20,000 nt of DNA from the IMG/VR virus record IMGVR_UViG_2888331157_000001, one strand, 5' to 3'. The position numbers and the translations under genes were made by a program. Source of the DNA: an uncultured virus (IMG/VR IMGVR_UViG_2888331157_000001). Lineage: Duplodnaviria; Heunggongvirae; Uroviricota; Caudoviricetes. The notes beneath the pieces were generated by a model, which worked only from the letters and a program-made list of their open reading frames with translations, was not told the DNA's origin and searched no databases. This document shows positions 15,098-20,000 of this stretch, piece after piece; positions within the stretch are counted from its first letter, which is position 1, and the number at the start of each line of letters is the position of its first letter.

Positions 15098-16441
15098 ATG
15101 GCGAAGCTAAGCAAACGTAGTGTCGATCAGGCCGAAGCCGGCGAGAAAGACTATTTCATCTGGGACGACGAGCTGCCCGGCTTCGGGCTGCGCGTCTTCA
15201 AATCGGGGAAGCGCAGCTACCTGGTGCAGTATCGTGCCAAGGGTCGCACACGACGCTTCACCATCGGCATGCACGGAGTCTGGACGCCGGACACTGCGCG
15301 CGTGCAGGCGCGCATCTTGCTCGGCCGCATCGCGCAAGGCGACAATCCGGCCGAAGAGCGCGAGCTCGACCATAAGGCCGTCACCATCAAGGAGCTGTGC
15401 GAGCGCTATCTCGAGGACGCGAAGAACGGATTGATCCTCGGCAAGAAGCGCCGCCCGAAAAAGGCGTCCACCATCTACACCGATGAGGGACGCATCCGGC
15501 GTCACATTATTCCGCTGCTCGGCACGCGGCGCGTGAAAGACATCACCGCCGCAGACGTGACGCGCTTCATGCGCGACGTCGCATCCGGGAAGACCAAAGC
15601 CGATCAGAAGACCAAGAAGCGCGGCCGCTCGATCGTGCGTGGCGGCATCGGCACGGGCACGCGCACGGTCGGCCTGCTCGGCGCCATCCTGACCTACGCC
15701 CGCGAGAGTGGGATCATCGACGCTAATCCGGCTCACGGCATCCGTAAGGCTGCCGACCAGAAGCGCACCCGGCGTCTCTCGGAGGACGAGTATCGCTTGC
15801 TAGGAAAGCTCCTCAAGAAGGCGTCTCAAGACGATCAGCTCGCAACCGCTGCGGAGATGGGGAAGGCCATCGCGCTCACGGGGTGCCGGCGTGGCGAGAT
15901 CATCAATCTCATCTGGCCCGAAGTGGACAGCGATAATAGCTGCCTGCGGCTCACCGACAGCAAGGAAGGTGCTTCAGTTCGACCGATCGGACTCCCGGTG
16001 GTCGACCTTCTCAATGCGCGCCGGCCGGAGCATGCAGCCGGCCCAGTCTTTGGCGGCACCATCGAAGGCAAGCCGCTGGTCGGGTTTCCGAAGCACTGGC
16101 ACAAGATACTGGAGAACACACCGCTTGCCGGGATTACCCCGCACGTCCTGCGCCACAGCTACGCCAGCATGGCGAACGATCTCGGCTTCACCGAATCGAC
16201 AGTCGCGGCGTTGCTTGGGCACGCGCAAGGCACCGTCACCAGCCGCTACATTCACACGGTTGATACGGCTTTGATCATGGCCGCAGATGCGGTCGCTGGT
16301 TATATCCAAGGCCTGCTCGATGGCGTGCAATTCAAGCGCAGCTCCTACGCACTCGATCGCGAGTCGCGCCAAGCAGCGATGAACCGCCTGTTCGCGCAAG
16401 CGATGCAGCCAGGAGAAGCTTTGGAGCAGTTGGCGGCGTAA
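15098..16441 (+). CDS. int: Tyrosine recombinase/integrase, P4-like with an N-terminal arm-binding domain (Arm-DNA-bind_3/DUF4102)
   Basis: ATG at 15098 behind GGAG. Arm domain 'WDDELPGFGLRV..SGKRSY..QYR..G..RRFTIG'. Catalytic residues intact: TGCRRGEI (R), DSKEG (K), HVLRH (HxxR), LLGH (H), SRYIH (Y). Confidence 0.95.
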   Translation: MAKLSKRSVDQAEAGEKDYFIWDDELPGFGLRVFKSGKRSYLVQYRAKGRTRRFTIGMHGVWTPDTARVQARILLGRIAQGDNPAEERELDHKAVTIKELCERYLEDAKNGLILGKKRRPKKASTIYTDEGRIRRHIIPLLGTRRVKDITAADVTRFMRDVASGKTKADQKTKKRGRSIVRGGIGTGTRTVGLLGAILTYARESGIIDANPAHGIRKAADQKRTRRLSEDEYRLLGKLLKKASQDDQLATAAEMGKAIALTGCRRGEIINLIWPEVDSDNSCLRLTDSKEGASVRPIGLPVVDLLNARRPEHAAGPVFGGTIEGKPLVGFPKHWHKILENTPLAGITPHVLRHSYASMANDLGFTESTVAALLGHAQGTVTSRYIHTVDTALIMAADAVAGYIQGLLDGVQFKRSSYALDRESRQAAMNRLFAQAMQPGEALEQLAA

Positions 16442-16484
16442 GTTTCAGACAGCGCCCTCAGCCGCGGCGAAAGCTCTCGCGCTC

Positions 16485-19400
16485 TCAAGCGTCCGCGCGA
16501 GGCCATCGCAACTTGCCCCGTCCTACCCTCAGCGCATCCACGACCGCCGTCGCCCCGGGCAACCTTCCCGAGAACAGGCTGGGCTTCGGATCTACCGCCG
16601 GCTTTTTGAAGGGGACCACCCGTCGATAGTCCGGTGTCGCCAGCCATGTGCGCCCATCGCCCTCGTCCGTGATGACCCGATAAAGCCCAGCCGGCGGCGC
16701 CGAGTGCGCAGGAATGTCGAGCAACCTCTTGTAGCGTTCGATCGACCACTTCTGGATTCCGCCGCTGAGGGCCTCGGTCCTGAAACGCGCCCAGAGCGCG
16801 GCGGTATCAGGCGTTGGCCAGTCGCCGGCGTCGGTAAACGCCGTGATTTCATCGGATTCCAGCCATGCACGCATCTCGGCCGGCGTTACGAAGACGGGGT
16901 TGGTGGTCTGGATCGCCGCGATAGCCGCCCGCCTGGACGGAAGGCCCGCCCGTATCAACATCGACATCATGAACTGCGGAACCCCTGTTTCCAGAGATGC
17001 GGCTGCGCCACCCGGAATGATGTCCGGCGACCAGCCCAAAGTCAGACGCCGGGTTCTGATAGCTTCCAATGCCCAAACCAGCCGATAGGTGAAGGCCTCT
17101 TCCACCATGCGCATGTTGTGGGGTCCGATCTGCGAGACCTCCGCGCCCGACACCCATTGCTTCAGGATCGCTTTCCAATTGCCAGGCAGCGCATTCTTCT
17201 TGTCGGGAATGAACGGCCGCATCGCCAGCAGTCGCTCCCCGAGGCCCGCCAAGGCATCGGCCAGTTCGTCGACGTCTCCTGGCAGGGACGCGGCGTCGGC
17301 TCGATCGATGAGGGCGCCCAACTCTTCCGCCATCGCGTCGATTGTCAGCCCGGCTTCCAAGCCGACGCCCATTGCGAAATGCCCGCGACGGGCCTGGGGC
17401 GTCGTCACCGACCAGATGAGATTGGCACGCGCCTCGAACACCTTGCGGTGTTGCGCCTCCATGCCTTCACCCTCGCGCGCTATTTGACGCGCCCAGAGCG
17501 ATCCCTTGAGCGCTTCGTCGAGAAGCTTGGGCAGGTCGGCGCGGTCAGCATCGAGCGCCTCCACCAAGCCAAAGACCGTTGCATCAAGGCGCTCGACGAG
17601 TTCCGAGAGCGGCTCCTCGTCGATGCTTTCCTCTTCATCTCCTCCCGCCTCGTCATCCTCGTCCTCGTCATCCGGATTAGTTCCGTCTGGAGGCACCGCA
17701 AGCTGAGCGGCGATCGCCGCTTCTTCTGCCGGCGACTTCCAGGCCTCGCGGGCGTTGGCGAGATATTCCCACGCGTCGGCGCGTCCCAGCACGTCCTCTC
17801 GAGCCAGGCGATCAAGAATCTCCGCGACGATCTGAATCAGTCCGCTCTTCAGCGTCCGGGCCTTGGAAGAGGCCACCAATCCCCGCCATTCTCCGCTCCG
17901 CCAATCGACTCGATCGAACATGACGTGGACGATGAGCCCTTCCACATCGACGAAAGCGCGGCCGGCGCGGCCGGCGACATTGGCGAACTCCTCGCCGGTG
18001 ATCGGTTTGCCTGCTCGGTACAGCGCGGGGACGAGCAAGACTGCGGCGTTGAGATTGAGCCCCTGCGACAGCGTCGGCGATGCAACGATGACCTTGAGGA
18101 CGCCCTCCGACAGCAGGACTTCCAACTCGCGGAGAAACGGGCTCGGCAGGCGGCCGTGGTGAATGGCGACGCCCGCCTTAAGGCTTGCCACCGCCGGATG
18201 ATCTTCGCCGAGCCATTCTTTGCCGACCTCGAGTGCGCGAGCGATCGATACTTCGTCATCCAGAAGCGAGTCCAGATAGCCGCGTTTGCAGAGGTCGACG
18301 ATTTGCTTTCCGTACCCCTCAACCCAGTTCGCTTGCGTCGAGAAGATGAGTGTCCGCTTGCCCTGCGCCGCAAACTCCCAGGCCGCGAACAGGGCCAGAT
18401 GTGACGTTTTTCGGGGATAGGGCTTCTTCTCACGGCCGCGGGGCGGCTTTTGAACCACGAAATGATCCAGGAACGGGCCGTTGTTGGTCAGATCCAGGGT
18501 CAGGCGCGCATCACGCGCACGCCACGCCAGCATTCCGAAACGCTGGCGTGTTGGCCGCCAGTCAGACCGCACGGCATCGCCTGGCTCGTCCGCCCGTATC
18601 CACGCAGTCAGATCGTCGAGCTCATCTCCACTCGGGAGAATCGCCGAGAGGCAGACAATACGGCGGTCGGCCGAATCTGCGCGGCGCAACAAGCGCTGCA
18701 CCAGCGTCTCGTAGCGGATCTCACGCTCGCTCGGCCCGATCATGTGGCCTTCATCGAGCACGATCAGCCCGACGTCGTCGATCAGGCTCGGATCGCTTCT
18801 CAGCGCGAAGTCGAGTTTCTCCGGCGTCGCTATGATGATCTCCCGCGATCGGAGCGCGTCCTCGTCACCAGCCGAGAGGCCGCTGGCGCCGTAGAGCGAC
18901 GACACGCTGAATCCGAGCGGCGCGAAGGTCTTACGAAACGATCGTTCTGTCTGAGCCGAGAGCGCTCGCAGCGGCGTCACGATGAGAACTCGCCGCGCCG
19001 AAGACAGCGTCATGAGCGCGGCGATCTCAGCGACGCGCGTTTTCCCGGCGCTGGTGGGTAGGGCGACGACCAAGTCATCCTTGACATCCGTCGAGCGGCG
19101 CGCCGCCTCACGCTGCGAGGGCCACAACTCGACCTCGGAATTCTTCCGAGCGTAGAGAGACCCAATAAACAATCGTCGCAGATCGGGATACTTCTCGGCG
19201 GCGCCCTCAGGTGGCTCCGTCGGCAGGTTCTGGTGCAACGAATGTTGCCATAGGTCGTCGATCAGATGCCGGCACAGATTGGTGATCCACCACAGCGGTA
19301 CGTTCTCCGCATTGTCGGCCAGGCTGACGGCCGTTGTGAGAAGCGAGCGCGCCGCGTCGAGCGGTTCCTCTTCGCCCGTCTCCAACGCGAAATCGAAGAA

Positions 19401-20000
19401 GGCCAACGCCCGACAGATCGTGGTGTTGAGAACGATCGCCAGGATCTCGTCGACATCGGCATCCTCACCGGACAGCCCCGCAGCAATCCGGTCGTCACCA
19501 TGCGCCGCGTCGTTCAGCCAACCGCGCACGAAGGCTCGAAGCCCATCAAGGTCGCGGAGCACCAGCCGCATCACCGCCATTTCGCCCGGCGTCAAATTCA
19601 GGTCGCCCACTGCCTCGTTGAAGAGCGAATAGGCGACGGCCGAGAACCCGGCCAGATGGTAGGCCGTGGCGGCGATCGTCCTGCGGAAACCGCGATCGGC
19701 GGCTTCGGGATCGGCATTCCGCACCAAAGCTTCAAACGCGTTGCCGGCGCGCTCGAACGCCTTGTTCGTCAACTCGGAGGAGCCGGCCTGGGTGCGAAGG
19801 GCCATTGCCGCACGGAGCAACGCAAACCCATGTTCTGCAAGGTCGGTATCGATGGTCGCGCCGAGCGGCGGGGCATTTTCAGGCAGAACGCCATCACTTC
19901 GCATTAGCGACCATGCCGCCCCTCGGTACAGCAGCCGCCCTTGCACGCCGTCCTGCGTCGCGCGCGTCAAAAATGCTTGCAGTTCGTCAGTCGTCTCCAA
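16485..20000 (-). CDS. Large SF2 Ski2-like DEAD/DEAH helicase, probably Hachiman HamB-like
   Basis: Q motif 'LWPSQ', Walker A 'PTSAGKT', 'TPEK', 'DEGH', 'LSA', 'HHG.LP', 'PTLSQGLN' and 'NVAGRAGR'. Long helical N-terminal region and integrase-adjacent position. The TTG start at the window edge cannot be verified. Helicase call is firm; HamB call is tentative. Confidence 0.85.
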   Translation of the reverse strand: METTDELQAFLTRATQDGVQGRLLYRGAAWSLMRSDGVLPENAPPLGATIDTDLAEHGFALLRAAMALRTQAGSSELTNKAFERAGNAFEALVRNADPEAADRGFRRTIAATAYHLAGFSAVAYSLFNEAVGDLNLTPGEMAVMRLVLRDLDGLRAFVRGWLNDAAHGDDRIAAGLSGEDADVDEILAIVLNTTICRALAFFDFALETGEEEPLDAARSLLTTAVSLADNAENVPLWWITNLCRHLIDDLWQHSLHQNLPTEPPEGAAEKYPDLRRLFIGSLYARKNSEVELWPSQREAARRSTDVKDDLVVALPTSAGKTRVAEIAALMTLSSARRVLIVTPLRALSAQTERSFRKTFAPLGFSVSSLYGASGLSAGDEDALRSREIIIATPEKLDFALRSDPSLIDDVGLIVLDEGHMIGPSEREIRYETLVQRLLRRADSADRRIVCLSAILPSGDELDDLTAWIRADEPGDAVRSDWRPTRQRFGMLAWRARDARLTLDLTNNGPFLDHFVVQKPPRGREKKPYPRKTSHLALFAAWEFAAQGKRTLIFSTQANWVEGYGKQIVDLCKRGYLDSLLDDEVSIARALEVGKEWLGEDHPAVASLKAGVAIHHGRLPSPFLRELEVLLSEGVLKVIVASPTLSQGLNLNAAVLLVPALYRAGKPITGEEFANVAGRAGRAFVDVEGLIVHVMFDRVDWRSGEWRGLVASSKARTLKSGLIQIVAEILDRLAREDVLGRADAWEYLANAREAWKSPAEEAAIAAQLAVPPDGTNPDDEDEDDEAGGDEEESIDEEPLSELVERLDATVFGLVEALDADRADLPKLLDEALKGSLWARQIAREGEGMEAQHRKVFEARANLIWSVTTPQARRGHFAMGVGLEAGLTIDAMAEELGALIDRADAASLPGDVDELADALAGLGERLLAMRPFIPDKKNALPGNWKAILKQWVSGAEVSQIGPHNMRMVEEAFTYRLVWALEAIRTRRLTLGWSPDIIPGGAAASLETGVPQFMMSMLIRAGLPSRRAAIAAIQTTNPVFVTPAEMRAWLESDEITAFTDAGDWPTPDTAALWARFRTEALSGGIQKWSIERYKRLLDIPAHSAPPAGLYRVITDEGDGRTWLATPDYRRVVPFKKPAVDPKPSLFSGRLPGATAVVDALRVGRGKLRWPRADA

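Larger units (their letters stand above)
14903..20000. mobile_element. Probable second integrative element (defence island) at the same tRNA-Arg site
   Basis: P4-like integrase beside the att core, repeats unlike those on the prophage side, and defence-type helicase cargo. Confidence 0.6.

Noticed and set aside
16704..18404. 566-aa + strand ORF (also 18450-19061 and 19266-19907)
   Set aside because: Antisense shadow of the helicase in GC-rich DNA; Arg/Gln/His-biased with no motifs.
1..20000. CRISPR array or rRNA
   Set aside because: No regularly spaced repeat-spacer pattern or rRNA-like sequence seen.

Overview
GC-rich alphaproteobacterial-type (Rhizobiales-like) DNA with two adjacent mobile blocks. 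Bases 1-14857 are the late end of a lambdoid siphovirus prophage. On the + strand it encodes a 5'-truncated tape measure protein with an internal lysozyme-like domain, tail tip genes (gpM/Dit-like, DUF1833-like, NlpC/P60, gpI-J fusion), two fibre/receptor-binding genes (one ending in an SGNH esterase) and a five-gene lysis cassette ending in a terminator. Two antisense morons and a highly structured intergenic region lie between the fibres and the endolysin. A small Cys-cluster gene with a LexA-like box lies next to the att site. Bases 14858-14902 are the 3' half of a tRNA-Arg(CCG), an att core. To its right are a P4-like tyrosine integrase and a convergent 1171-aa Ski2-like helicase (Hachiman HamB-like), probably a second, tandemly integrated defence island. 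The most unusual features are a tail-fibre-type C1q-like domain fused to a Sec signal peptide and encoded antisense as a low-GC moron (candidate receptor-masking exclusion factor), a multi-stem leader that can sequester the RBS of a Trp-rich orphan gene, and a lysis lipoprotein whose lipobox sits at residue 87. All family assignments come from motif recognition by eye; no searches were run.
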